A stretch of 64,000 nt of DNA from assembly GCF_006345805.1 (NCBI RefSeq), contig NC_043008.1, forward strand, positions 76,880,001 to 76,944,000, in the 5' to 3' direction. Below, piece by piece: positions 12,627-25,320 of the stretch. This DNA is from Octopus sinensis. Taxonomy: Eukaryota. The translations under genes were made by a program, and so were the position numbers. Under the pieces are notes generated by a model that saw only the letters and a list, made by a program, of their open reading frames with translations, was not told the origin of the DNA and made no database searches. Numbering within the stretch: the first letter of the stretch is position 1; every line of letters begins with the position of its first letter.

Positions 12627-12724
12627 TTTTTTCTTCCTGAAGAGAAAGACACAATATGGTCCCATTATTCAATCGGATTTTGGTAATTTGTGCCTTTCGA
12701 AACACGTGTAGAATGAAATAAAAC
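12627..12724 (+). ncRNA. Type I hammerhead ribozyme
   Basis: CTGAAGA 12637-43; stem II GAAAGACACAAT/ATTTGTGCCTTTC; GAAA 12699-702; palindromic stem III ACACGTGT; predicted cleavage after GUA at 12710; stem I TTTCTTC/GAATGAAA with a bulge. Confidence 0.82.
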
Positions 12725-12926
12725 GATTTCTGTTCAATCTGCGTTCAGCTCCATTTCTTCAATTCACCAATAATGTTTTAATTTCAAATATCCGCACCAA
12801 CGCACGGTTGCAACGCCAGATGGTTGTACCTCCAACCGTGCTGTTTACTGCTGTGATTTTTGCTACTAAGGGATCGGTTAAACTGTTGATTAATCTACTA
12901 CAAGATTATTCATCTTTCTATTTCAC

Positions 12927-12929
<3 letters not shown>

Positions 12930-12961
<32 letters not shown>

Positions 12962-15900
12962 CGTTTTTGGATTCTTTATATGAGTTCGTGTGTTGAAGCA
13001 TATTCTGTTGTGTCTGGGAGAGTCATTCTCTTTTAGAGCCTTATTTAACACACCAGTAAAATTTCCACTAATTTCTTATTTTTATATTCTAAAATTTTCG
13101 TTGCGTCTTGCAACCTTTTCATACATACATATATATGTATGTATGTGTATATATATATATGTGTGTGTGTGTGTATGTATGTGTGTGCATGTATATGTGC
13201 GCGCGCGCGTATATACATATGAACTGGTCAATGTAATGACTCAGCAATGAGTGTGTAATGGCAACCAGTGTTATGTGTCACGTCTCTAACACAAAACACT
13301 TTCATTGATTTCTAAAGCAGTCACAGAGTCGAACCATTATACAACAATAGTATTCCTACAGCTAAGGGTTTCAGTCGATTCCAGCTTCCCTTAATCGATA
13401 GGTCTGTTGTCAGTTGGCTGATTCACACCTCTCTCTTGTGAAATGTTCTTCATATTTAGCCATTAAAGGAAAAAACAAAACAATTGCAAGATAAGTTTTA
13501 TGCTTTAAAAAATTTAACGTACGTTTATTCTTTTCTACTCTAGACACAAGGCCTGTAATTTGGGGTGGGGGAGTCAATTAGATCGACCCCAGTACGCAGC
13601 TGGTACTTAATTTATCGAGCCCGAAACGATGAAAGTCAAAGTCTACCTCGGCGGAGTTTGGACTCAGTATGTAAAGACAGACGGAATACCTATTTCTTTA
13701 CTACCCACAAGGAGCTACACACAGAGGGGACAAAGGTAGACAAATGGATTAAGTCGAATATATCGGCCCCAGTGCGTAACTGGTACTTATTTAATCGACC
13801 CCGAAAAGATGAAAGGCAAAGTCGACCTCAGCAGAATTTGAACTCAGAACGTAACGGCAGACGAAATACGGCTACGCATTTCGCCCGGCGTGCTAACGTT
13901 TCTGCCAGCTCACTGCCTTTTAACGTACGTTATATTGCAAAGAATGTGATACAAGCGACCCCCAAGAACTAATCTAAGTAACAGGAAGATGATTATACAA
14001 TAAATCTTTTGAGAGGCGATCGAATCAGTTCTCGTTTGGTGGTTAGAAATATTCATGAATAGGTGTTCAATATTTGTGATTATTGAACAGAACAAGTGGG
14101 ACCTCACCATCTAGCTCTCAGCAGGAATTGAACACGGCACTGCAAGCTAACGGGCGCATGTCACTTCTACAGTTGGCAGTTGTTTCTAACCCTGTGCTCT
14201 CCATATTCAACACAATGGACTAGGCAATCTGAATGTAAAATGCTTTATCAATAGCTGCTGTGTCGTTGACTTGAGACGAACCAGTAACTTCTCAACTCCT
14301 TATTTGCAACATAATCCACTCAACATTCTCTTTCTCCTCCTCCTCTCTCTTTCTACACCTTAAGCTGCACAAATATTGATTTCAAATTTTGGCACAAGGC
14401 CAGGAATTTCAGGATAAGGGGTTAGTCGATTACATCGACCCCAGTGTTCAACAGCTACTTATTTTATCCACTGCGAAAAGATGAAGTCAACCTCGGCGGA
14501 ATTTGAACCAAGAACGTATGCATGTATATATGTATACATGTGTATGTATGTATGTATGTATGTATGTATGTATGTATGTATGTATGTATGTATGTATGTA
14601 TGTATGTATGTATGTATCTACGTATGCAAGCATGTATGTATGTTAGTGTGTGTGTATATATATATATATATAATATATATATTTCGTTTTGGATTCTTTA
14701 TATGAGTTCGTGTGTTGAAGCATATTCTGTTGTGTCTGGGAGAGTCATTCTCTTTTAGAGCCTTATTTAACACACCAGTAAAATTTCCACTAATTTCTTA
14801 TTTTTATATTCTAAAATTTTCGTTGCGTCTTGCAACCTTTTCATACATACATATATATGTATGTATGTGTATATATATATATGTGTTTGTGTGTGTGTAT
14901 GTATGTGTGTGCATGTATATGTGCGCGCGCGCGTATATACATATGAACTGGTCAATGTAATGACTCAGCAATGAGTGTGTAATGGCAACCAGTGTTATGT
15001 GTCACGTCTCTAACACAAAACACTTTCATTGATTTCTAAAGCAGTCACAGAGTCGAACCATTATACAACAATAGTATTCCTACAGCTAAGGGTTTCAGTC
15101 GATTCCAGCTTCCCTTAATCGATAGGTCTGTTGTCAGTTGGCTGATTCACACCTCTCTCTTGTGAAATGTTCTTCATATTTAGCCATTAAAGGAAAAAAC
15201 AAAACAATTGCAAGATAAGTTTTATGCTTTAAAAAATTTAACGTACGTTATATTCTTTTCTACTCTAGACACAAGGCCTGTAATTTGGGGTGGGGGAGTC
15301 AATTAGATCGACCCCAGTACGCAGCTGGTACTTAATTTATCGAGCCCGAAACGATGAAAGTCAAAGTCTACCTCGGCGGAGTTTGGACTCAGTATGTAAA
15401 GACAGACGGAATACCTATTTCTTTACTACCCACAAGGAGCTACACACAGAGGGGACAAAGGTAGACAAATGGATTAAGTCGAATATATCGGCCCCAGTGC
15501 GTAACTGGTACTTATTTAATCGACCCCGAAAAGATGAAAGGCAAAGTCGACCTCAGCAGAATTTGAACTCAGAACGTAACGGCAGACGAAATACGGCTAC
15601 GCATTTCGCCCGGCGTGCTAACGTTTCTGCCAGCTCACTGCCTTTTAACGTACGTTATATTGCAAAGAATGTGATACAAGCGACCCCCAAGAACTAATCT
15701 AAGTAACAGGAAGATGATTATAACAATAAATCTTTTGAGAGGCGATCGAATCAGTTCTCGTTTGGTGGTTAGAAATATTCATGAATAGGTGTTCAATATT
15801 TGTGATTATTGAACAGAACAAGTGGGACCTCACCATCTAGCTCTCAGCAGGAATTGAACACGGCACTGCAAGCTAACGGGCGCATGTCACTTCTACAGTT

Positions 15901-16381
15901 GGCAGTTGTTTCTAACCCTGTGCTCTCCATATTCAACACAATGGACTAGGCAATCTGAATGTAAAATGCTTTATCAATAGCTGCTGTGTCGTTGACTTGA
16001 GACGAACCAGTAACTTCTCAACTCCTTATTTGCAACATAATCCACTCAACATTCTCTTTCTCCTCCTCCTCTCTCTTTCTACAACCTTAAGCTGCACAAA
16101 TATTGATTTCAAATTTTGGCACAAGGCCAGGAATTTCAGGATAAGGGGTTAGTCGATTACATCGACCCCAGTGTTCAACAGCTACTTATTTTATCCACTG
16201 CGAAAAGATGAAAGTCAACCTCGGCGGAATTTGAACCAAGAACGTATGCATGTATATATGTATACATGTGTATGTATGTATGTATGTATGTATGTATGTA
16301 TGTATGTATGTATGTATGTATGTATGTATGTATGTATGTATGTATGTATGTATCTACGTATGCAAGCATGTATGTATGTTA

Positions 16382-16410
<29 letters not shown>
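12930..16410. repeat. Tandem duplication of a ~1.72-kb unit (12930-14655, 14656-16410)
   Basis: Near-identical sequence at an offset of 1723-1725; identical translated ORFs at 13565 and 15290; breakpoints lie in (TA)n. Confidence 0.95.
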
Positions 16411-16413
<3 letters not shown>

Positions 16414-16422
<9 letters not shown>

Positions 16423-17450
16423 TAAAATTATAAATTAGGGTATCTACGAGATACCACCATGCTGAAAATAGCAACCATGAACCGACGAAATTTATATAAA
16501 TGTAAATTTATTTCGTCACTGTATTTACTGCGGTGATATTTTACCATATAGCACATGGAACTAACGGGCATTTTGAACTAGCCTTGATGCATACGTGCAT
16601 ATATATATATGTATACGTTCGTATTTTGTCAGGTCACTTTCGAGTGCTACTGGTAACATATAACCCAGTACAACCTGTTGCATGGTCGGGTAGTCGGCGA
16701 CTAAACCGGCAACCCCATCAAGCTTGCTTGGTGAGGAGGGTGTTTATTGGACACCCTGCGGGATGAAAAATAAAACCCGTCAAAGGGCGGAGGAACTCTT
16801 GAGAGTCAACGGCCATCCAATGAATGTCTTAAGGCTGTATCATGCGCGGGGACATAGAAATAATCGGAGTGAATACCCAATCGCGCGGTTAAACCATTGG
16901 AAGTGAAGGACTCCTAGCCTTTGTTAGGGCATCCTTCTAGGAAAAGTTAACTCAGGTAACTGGGATAACTTCGACATAAAACCTGCGGCTCAGTGGTTAC
17001 CGATGATGTTGACTTGTTCTTCTTTTCGGATTATGGCTGCTGTTGCTTAGTGAGTGGGATTGACTCAGTTTAAAAAAATCTTCTTGCACAGGCATTGCAC
17101 GAAAACAACATTGATTAAGCTTCGTGCAATGGCCATACTCGATAACGAGGGGGCATCCACCATACGTTCGTATATGTAAGTATTCGTATGTTGTATTTAT
17201 ATATATATATATATGTATTTATGTTTCTTTCTGAGCGTATTCTACTGACGAGGCAAAGCATTTCTAAATGCAAATTCAGAAATCCGGGATCTAGAATTAT
17301 CCAGTAATTTTTTAGTAGTTTCATCTTGTCTCTGTCTTTTCTCCATGTTGCTGTATGAAAACTTAAGGTGGTTTTAGAGTCGGTTCATGGCTGCTATTTT
17401 CAGCATGGTGGTATCTCGTAGATACCTTAATTTATAATTTTATATAATTA
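16414..17450. repeat. ~70-bp inverted repeat pair (16414-16485, ~17375-17450) with an internal GGTATCT/AGATACC hairpin
   Basis: AATTATATAAAATTATAAATTAGGGTATCTACGAGATACCACCATGCTGAAAATAGCAACCATGAACCGAC matches its reverse complement about 900 bp downstream with 2 mismatches. Confidence 0.85.
16625..17110 (+). mobile_element. Possible 5' UTR fragment of an RTE-like LINE
   Basis: GC-richer block containing GGCATCCTTCTAGGAAAAGTTAACTC, resembling recalled RTE 5' UTR motifs; no ORF. Confidence 0.35.
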
Positions 17451-17815
17451 TTACCTTTGGAGGTTATTTTTTACATGCTGACAACCTGATAAGTTCGTTA
17501 TTTTATTTTAAATTAACGATCTTATCCTTATATATATATATATATATATATTGAGTATCCCATCGTTGCCAGGTAATTTTCTCAAAATATCTTGGCTGAC
17601 TTTCGGAATAGTATATACACGTAAGGTGGATTTTCTCTGTTTTGATGGGGAGTTTTCAAATATTTTCCCCACATTTTTGTAAATGGTGGGGGAAAGTCTT
17701 TTATGGAAAAAAGAAAAATTTGAAAATTTATGAATACCCACTTCCCACTTTCCGCACAGTTTTTTAAAGCAATGGAAGACACCTGCTATGTGACCAGGAG
17801 GATCGTAGGTATTCT

Positions 17816-18637
17816 CAAAATACCCAAATCGTGTGTTGAAAGCCATCTGCATCGACTTGATTAAGTCAGCAAGCTCGATGTTTGAGTCTCACATCAATTG
17901 AATGGGAAGAATATCGCCAAGCAAATGTTCATCTGCAATTCATTGCAGCTGCGCAAAGAAAACGACCCTGTTTTAAAGAGAAAGGTGAAAAGGGATGAAA
18001 AATGCATTGTCTATAACAAGACGAAGTGCAAACGATCTTGGAGGAAGCGTGGCGAAATACCACGAACAACCTCTAAAGTAGGGTTTCACCCAAAGAAGGT
18101 TATACTTTCAATTTGGCATGAGTGGAAGAGTATTGTCATTTACGAGCCTTTTCCAAAAAATAGGACCATCAATTCGGATATGTACTATAGCTAGTTGGAC
18201 TAATTAAACGCAGCAATCCATCAGAAGCGTCCAGAACTTGCTCATCGTAAGGGCACTGTCATTCATCACGACAATTCCAGACAGCTCGCTTCTTTGCAGA
18301 CGCAGCACACATTATTGGGACTTGGGTGGAATGTCTCTCATCCCATCCCATTTTCACCCCACCTTACACTTTCAAATTCCGACCCGCTTCGGTCTTTTTA
18401 AAATTCATTGAATACAAAGACTTTCAGTTCTGAAGACGACGTAAAAACCCGCCTCGAAGTGTTTTTCTCCAGTAAAGATGGGAAATTCTTTGAACAAGAA
18501 ATAATGGATCTGTCAACAAGAGGGCAGAAGATACTGAAACTAAACGGTAATTATATTATTAATTGAATAAATAGCTTTATGTTTAAAACTTGTGTCTTAT
18601 TTCTCCTAAAAAGAGAGAACTTTTTGTCCAGCCCAGT
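17816..18637 (+). mobile_element. Mariner (DD34D) transposon, 3' two-thirds, inactivated
   Basis: Remnants xVSHQL, KRDEKCIVYNK..KRSW, HPKKVILSIW, INSDMYYS, QKRPEL, HHDNSR, FSPHL; terminal AACTTTTTGTCCAGCCCAGT resembles a mariner TIR. Confidence 0.88.
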
Positions 18638-18659
18638 GATTCAATCAATTAATTAATCA

Positions 18660-18703
<44 letters not shown>

Positions 18704-18747
18704 ATATATATATACGTATACATATATATATATATATATATATAATA

Positions 18748-18838
<91 letters not shown>

Positions 18839-19255
18839 ATATATATATATGTATGTATGTATTTATGTATTATGTATGCATGTATGTATGGGGATATTAT
18901 ATACCTTTCTTGGTCGTTTCTGGTTTACCAGCCCTATAAGGACGTTTAAATTGATTAAATAAATAATGAATGCTGCTTTATTCAGTAAAGTTATTGCGCG
19001 CGCGTGTGTGTGTGAACGTTTGTGTGTGAGTGCGAGTGTGTTTGAGTGTGTGTGTGCGAGAGAGAGAGAGAGGATGCACATGTACTCTCTCTCTCTCTCT
19101 TATGCTTAGGCACACGAACACAAACATAATCATAATTTATGTAACAGCGGAAGGAAAGACGATGTACACAACATTTTAAGTCTTCCTACAGTTGATTAGC
19201 TGACTTTTCTAGTTAAAATTTTGCTGTTGCTGCCACCATCATCATCCCCACCACC

Positions 19256-19323
<68 letters not shown>

Positions 19324-19984
19324 ATTAGTAATCCAAGAATTGTGTAAAAGTCGGTCATGGGTTGGAACTTCACATCTCACAGTTCTCCTCAAATAGTTCA
19401 GTCTTCTAAGATTTCCCTTTCATTCAACTTCCAACAAATATTTCAACACAACTACAGTAACATCTCTCACTGATTAACTCACCAAACAGTAATCTGCGTG
19501 GGATTAATTTGTAGAATCAGATCTCTTGTAGTGTTTGTCGGTTTTGAAATAAAGGATTAGCTAGTAGGAATTTACTGCGAATTCTAAGAAGTCTGTCAAG
19601 ATTTAGGATTGGTTCTGCTGAATGACAACAGAGTTAAGAGCTTAAATATTTTCATAGCTCTAAATAAAGGCTTACCATTAATCAATTACACGGAATCTCT
19701 TCGAGATTTATTCTAAAAATAGACTCAATGCAAGAACACACCCATTGTAACACAAGACGTAGGCTAATGGGATTTTTTCCCCTCCCAGACGATTTAAAAC
19801 TTAAACATTAACATGGAAGATTTTAAATCTGTATTAAAGTTACATTTAAGTCCCAGTTCGTTGATACAACAATGAGGTCAGTATGGTGATATTAATTCTC
19901 TTCATTTTAAGTCAGTGAGATAGCAGAGTTGTTAGAGTGTCGGACAAAATACTTTCTTGGAATTTCTTGCAATTCTTTACATTG

Positions 19985-20165
19985 TAAATTCAAATTTAAC
20001 CGAGATCAGCTTTGTCTTTCATTCTTTCAGAGCCGATAATATAAGACCCAAGCTGAGCCCTGGGATTAATGTAATCGACTATTCCCCATCCACCTTCCCC
20101 CTCCACTACCACTACCTTCACAACCAGCCCCCAAATTGCCAGCCTTGTACCAAAATTTGAAACCA
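19985..20165 (+). mobile_element. Degenerate SINE family A
   Basis: Diverged core and the 3' end CCTTGTACCAAAATTTGAAACC. Confidence 0.65.
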
Positions 20166-20253
20166 TTCGTCTTTTCGTCTGAAAGTCTCTTAGGAAGGCC
20201 ATGAACATCAAAACGTTTCAAATCTCCGTTATTTTTAAATGTGACCAGTTAAA

Positions 20254-20974
20254 TATAGGGTTCTTTTCTGCTTGGCTTGCACCTATGAAAATTTAAAGTT
20301 TAATGAAAATTTTAAAATTTGGTGTATTGATGTAATTTTCCATGCTGAATTTCAAGGACTAATTCACTTTTAGCGGAAAAAATTTTTTCAAAGAAGTTGC
20401 AGAAGTTTAAAGTGTGATCAGTTTTATACAATCAGAAAAAGGGATTTGGAAGCTGTCATTTTGTGCGTGACTGCACGTGTTGTCAACTGTAAACAAATAA
20501 AGTATTGGTGGAATTCTGCTTCCCGCACGCCATATAAACCGTTATAAATTGTTTTTACTTTTTTTAATTTTCAGAAAATTTTTGCGAATTCGTATTCTAC
20601 ACACATGAATTCATACAGTTATGCAAAAAAAATGGTGCGTGATTTAAGGCCTATTTAGCACATCTCGTGACCAACTCATACCACATGTTTTTTAAACATT
20701 TAATAAGCGAAAAATGACTACATGATAAGCAGCTTGGTAACAGCTTAGCTTGTTATTATGGAAACAGGCACCTATATGTCTCTAGCTTTCGACTGGTTAA
20801 AGTTACCCAAAATTTGCAAACTTTAAAAAGGTAATAATTCCTCATTTATTGATTTATGGCGAAAATGAATTTCACGTCAATGATTACCATATAAAACTCA
20901 CCAAATATAAAATCTATTGAAGTAAAAATTGAAGAAATTGAAAAGTGGCAACCAAACAGAAAAATCCGAGTATA
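20254..20974. mobile_element. Possible old non-autonomous DNA transposon with imperfect TIRs
   Basis: TTTTCTGCTTGGCTTGCAC at the left versus the reverse complement TTTTCTGTTTGGTTGCCAC at the right, plus weaker subterminal symmetry. Confidence 0.3.
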
Positions 20975-21450
20975 GTACATCTGTAACCAGTTAAAAATAT
21001 CCTTTCTTACTTTACGTAAAATAAGACAGTGGGGAGGGGGAATTGTGTAGAGCGTCAGATTAAAGGGTCTGCGATAGAGTCATACGTCCCTTAACGTGGT
21101 GAGTTCAAATTTACACAACGAGATTCTCTATGTACCAATCATGTACTTGAGTCTATTCAAACGATGTCTCCAGTATATTCATTTTTGTTCCTGTCGCTGT
21201 GTAATTGCGTAGCATAAGAAATGTGAAGATAGTCATGACAGCAGACAGATAGACATTCAATGAGCTAATCTTGCATTTAGTTTCGTCTTTCACAGTGTCG
21301 GATTCAAATCTTGTATTAATTCTTTTTCATGCATGCACACAACACATACACGAGAGAAAAAAAAAAGAGAGAGAGAGAGAGAGAGAGGTGCGTATGTGTA
21401 CGTTGTATGTGAGCATGAGAGAGAGAAAGAAAGAAAGAAAGAAAAAAAAA

Positions 21451-21510
<60 letters not shown>

Positions 21511-21519
21511 AGAGAGGCC

Positions 21520-22272
21520 ATAAACCAGTATAAGCAAGGTTGGATCATCGGCAACTAAACCGGGAGACTTAATCATATAGCAAATATTAGGTTAAGCTAC
21601 ACCGAAAATGGCTGAGAAGCTCAAAACTCAAGCAGAGACTGAAGAAATTGTAATTGCAGCACAAAATCAAAGCCTTCCTATCAAAAATCACCTAAAGCAC
21701 GTAATGAAAGTAACTGTAGAATATGTGGTGATGAACAAGAAACAATGAATCATATTGTCTCTGGCTGCCCAATACTAGCTAAGCAGGAATATATTCACAG
21801 ACACGACAGAGTTGGGGCCTATATACACTGGAAGCTATGCCAAAACTATGGAATAATAACAGAAAAAAGATGGTATAGACACACCCTAGGAAAGAACACA
21901 GAAAATGAGAAAGGAACCATACTTGGGATATGTTAATGCACACAGATAGAGAAATTAAGGCCAAAATGCTGGATATAGTTGTCATAGATAACCAAGGAAA
22001 CAAATATTTTCTAATTAATGTATCAATACCAACAAATGACAACGTTTTTCTGAAAGAAACAGAGAAACGTTCAAAATATAAAGATCTAGAAATAGGGATA
22101 ACTCGAATGAGGAGCCTAAAAGCAGAAACAATTCCGATTATAGTAGGTGCATTAGGTATTATAAAAAAACATTCAGACAGATTTATAACAAAAATATCAG
22201 GACTTATATAACAAACAGAAAATAGTACTACTAGGCACCGCACACATCCTACATAAAACACTTTCAACATAA
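21520..22272 (+). mobile_element. Degenerate 3' fragment of RLE retrotransposon family B
   Basis: ETEEIVIAAQNQSL, CRICGDEQETMNHIVSGCPILAKQEYIHRHDRVG, KRSKYKDLEI, IPIIVGALG. Confidence 0.88.
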
Positions 22273-22544
22273 TGAAAATAGGAGCACCACAACAAACCAC
22301 AGCACAAGCCCAAGGCACACAGAGCTACGCTCTATAGTGCAGTGAAAGCAATTTATGCATGTAGTTATGCTCTAAATCGACTGGATGACTACCATATATT
22401 TTATGCACACAATATACATACACACACACATACATACACGCATCTATCTATATATATATATACACTCCCAGACACACACATGCCTATATACACACACACA
22501 TACACTATGTGCATGTATGTGTGTATGCGCGTGCGCATGCGTGT

Positions 22545-22870
22545 GAAGGTGCGTGGCTTAGTGGTTAAGGTAATCGGCTTACGATCGTAAGGTCGTGAAT
22601 TCGATTCCCAGCAGCGCGTTGTGTCCTCACGCAAGACACTTTATTTCACGTGGTGTCACTCCACTCAACTGGCAAAAATAAGTTTTACCTGTAATTCAAA
22701 GGGCATCCTGAGAATTACGTTATGGGTACGCGTGTTCTGTGGAATGCTCAGCCACTTGTATGTTAATTTCAAATGCAAGCAGGCTGTTCCGCTGATCGAA
22801 TCAATTGGCACTGACGGAATGCCAGTCGTGACCGTCGTCACCGACGGAGTGCCAATGCCAGTGAGTGCAG
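22545..22870 (+). mobile_element. SINE family B
   Basis: tRNA-like head GCGTGGCTTAGTGGTTAAGG...GTGAATTCGATTCCC, then TTGTGTCCTCACGCAAGACACTT. Confidence 0.75.
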
Positions 22871-23277
22871 CTCGCTAACAACATTTCCACTGCGTAGCAA
22901 CTCGAGTAAATGTCTTGTGCTATAGCCTCGGGACGAGCAAAGCTTCGTGTGGATTTGGTAGACGGAAACTGAAAGAAGCCTGTCATGTATATATATATTT
23001 CTTTCTTATCAACTAGGGAATAGTACTGAAACATATATGTGGGTTTTTTAAATTTTTTACCTTTGCAACTTATAATCTATTTATTTGTATTGTTATGTTT
23101 TAAAAAGAAATTTTCAATATTTTATAACATACAAATAAATTATTCATACCTTCATTTTTTTTCTCCATTTTCTTTCCTTCAATATTAATGAAATATATAA
23201 TTACAATAATCTATAACATACACCAGTGACTTTCGCATTAATGATAGGGATTAGCCAGTAGAATATCTTGGGTTATA

Positions 23278-23340
<63 letters not shown>

Positions 23341-23635
23341 TGTATGTATGTAAACGTGTGTGTATGCTTGTGTGTGTGTTTGTGTGGTGTGTGTGTACTT
23401 GTGTGTGTGTCTTTGTATCTGTATTTGTCCTCCAGTATCTTTTGACATCTGGTGTGGATTTGTTCGACTAAACTATTCAAAGCAATGTCCCAGCATGGCC
23501 GCAGCCCAAAGATTGAAACGAGAAATATAAGTAAAAAGATATATTTATATATATATATACATACATACATACATACATACATACATACATACACACACAC
23601 ACATATATATATATATATGTATGCATGTATGTATA

Positions 23636-23806
23636 GGCGTAGGAGTGGCTGTGTGGAAAGTTGCTTGCTTACGAATCACATGGTTCCGGGTTCAGTCCCA
23701 CTGCGTGGCACCTTGGGCAAGTGTCTTCTACTATAGCCTCGGGTCGACCAAAGCGTTGTGAGTGGATTTGGTAGACGGAAACTGAAAGAAGCCTGTCGTA
23801 TATATT

Positions 23807-23837
<31 letters not shown>

Positions 23838-24056
23838 ATGTGTGTATGTGTGTTTGTGTGTCTGTGTTTGTCCCTCCCAACATCGCCTGACAACCGATGG
23901 GGTGTGTTTACGTCCCCGTAAATTAGCGGTTCGGCAAAGAGGCCGATAGAATAAGTACTAGGCTTACAAAGAATAAGTCCTGGGGTCGATTTGCTCGACA
24001 AAAGGCGGTACTCCAGCATGGCCACAGTCAAATGACTGAAACATGTAAAAGAGTAA
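23636..24056 (+). mobile_element. Full-length SINE family C
   Basis: GGCGTAGGAGTGGCTGTGTGG head, GGTTCAGTCCC B box, internal (TA)n(TG)n, 3' end CTCCAGCATGGCC...CTGAAAC...AAAAGA. Confidence 0.9.
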
Positions 24057-24262
24057 AATAGTATATATATGTGTGTGTTCATATATATATATATATGTGT
24101 GTGTTCATATGTGTGTGTGTGCGCGTGTGTGTGTGTGCGTGTGTGTATGAGTGTGTATACATATATATATATACCTATATAAACAAATACATCTACTATC
24201 AATTTCTATCTCTCACCCTCTCTCTCTCTGTATATATTATATATATATATATAATATATATA

Positions 24263-24302
<40 letters not shown>

Positions 24303-24334
24303 CATATATACATACATGCATAAATACATGCACA

Positions 24335-24382
<48 letters not shown>

Positions 24383-25063
24383 ATATATATATATTATATA
24401 TATATAACCAGCATGGTAGTAATAATGTATTACAGAGAAAACGTTCAATGACAAAACGAGTCTTGGATAAATTGGCAACACATCGGAAATTTTGGATGTC
24501 GCCTCCCCTTCCTCTCCCTCTTCCTCCTCCATTTACTCTCCCTCCAGCTCCCCCTCTGCCTTCTCCTCTGCCTTCTCCTCTGCCTTCTCCTCTGCCTTCT
24601 CCTCTGCCTCCTCCTCGTTCAGTAGTACGGCATGGTTACGTCAGGCTGTTCTGTAGGTCGTTTCTGTCCACATTAGCAGTGGCATCATCTCCAAAGAACT
24701 GTGCTAGAGTTTACCCAGTACATCGACCTAGCTTACATTGCATGACACAAACTAAAATCAATATAGTTGCCGATTGCTACGCAAAAATCGCATCTGTCTT
24801 GCTGAAAATATTGGATTAGTCACGAATATCTGGAATGAGGAAAGACAGACAAATATTTCTTTTCAAGCACAAGCGAAATTTAATTTAAGAAATAAAACAA
24901 TAAATTGATAAACATTTCCATCATCTAGAATCCCATTTGTATATTTATGATTCATAAAGATTTTTATTGCCCTTGTGGCAAATATAATAAATTATTATTG
25001 AGGTTATTATTAATACAGTTGTTGTTATTTATTGTAAGGGGAATAAGTGCCATCACCTACATT

Positions 25064-25111
<48 letters not shown>

Positions 25112-25219
25112 GTTTCAAATTTTGCCAGTAATTTTGGGGAGGGAATGAGTTGATTACATCGACCCCAGTGTTACACTGGTACTTAATTTATCGACCCCGA
25201 AAGGATGAAAGGTAAAGTT
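25112..25219 (-). mobile_element. 3' half of SINE family A
   Basis: Core and 3' end on the minus strand, preceded by (AAT)n. Confidence 0.85.
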
Positions 25220-25220
25220 A

Positions 25221-25318
25221 TTTGGTAGTACGTATATTAAAACTGGAACGTTACAGAGAAGATTAGCATGTCCCCTGCGCAAGGATGACACGCAAATTCG
25301 TGAAGCGTTCCATATTTT
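25221..25318 (+). pseudogene. U6: U6 snRNA retropseudogene (about nt 9-106 of U6)
   Basis: TACAGAGAAGATTAGCATGTCCCCTGCGCAAGGATGACACGCAAATTCGTGAAGCGTTCCATATTTT matches U6 (ACAGAGA box, AGC triad, intact 3' end); about 5-6 substitutions, missing 5' end, no upstream promoter context. Confidence 0.95.
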
Positions 25319-25320
25319 CT

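Larger units (their letters stand above)
10644..12780 (+). mobile_element. 5'-truncated Penelope-like retroelement (Naiad-type GIY-YIG) bounded by 204-bp inverted repeats (10644-10847 and 12577-12780)
   Basis: Arms matched by eye with no mismatch; the interior encodes the PLE post-RT linker and a GIY-YIG endonuclease; each arm carries a hammerhead motif. Confidence 0.85.

Noticed and set aside
13565-13972. 135-aa ORF present twice (also 15290-15697)
   Set aside because: It is the antisense reading of a dimeric SINE inside the tandem duplication
24151-24819. 222-aa ORF with a proline-rich PSPL repeat
   Set aside because: The N-terminal half is microsatellite and the Pro run comes from a 12-bp CCTTCTCCTCTG repeat; no recognisable domain and no convincing splice context
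25221-25318. Functional U6 snRNA gene
   Set aside because: The 5' end is missing, there are several substitutions, and the upstream sequence is a SINE rather than a PSE/TATA promoter
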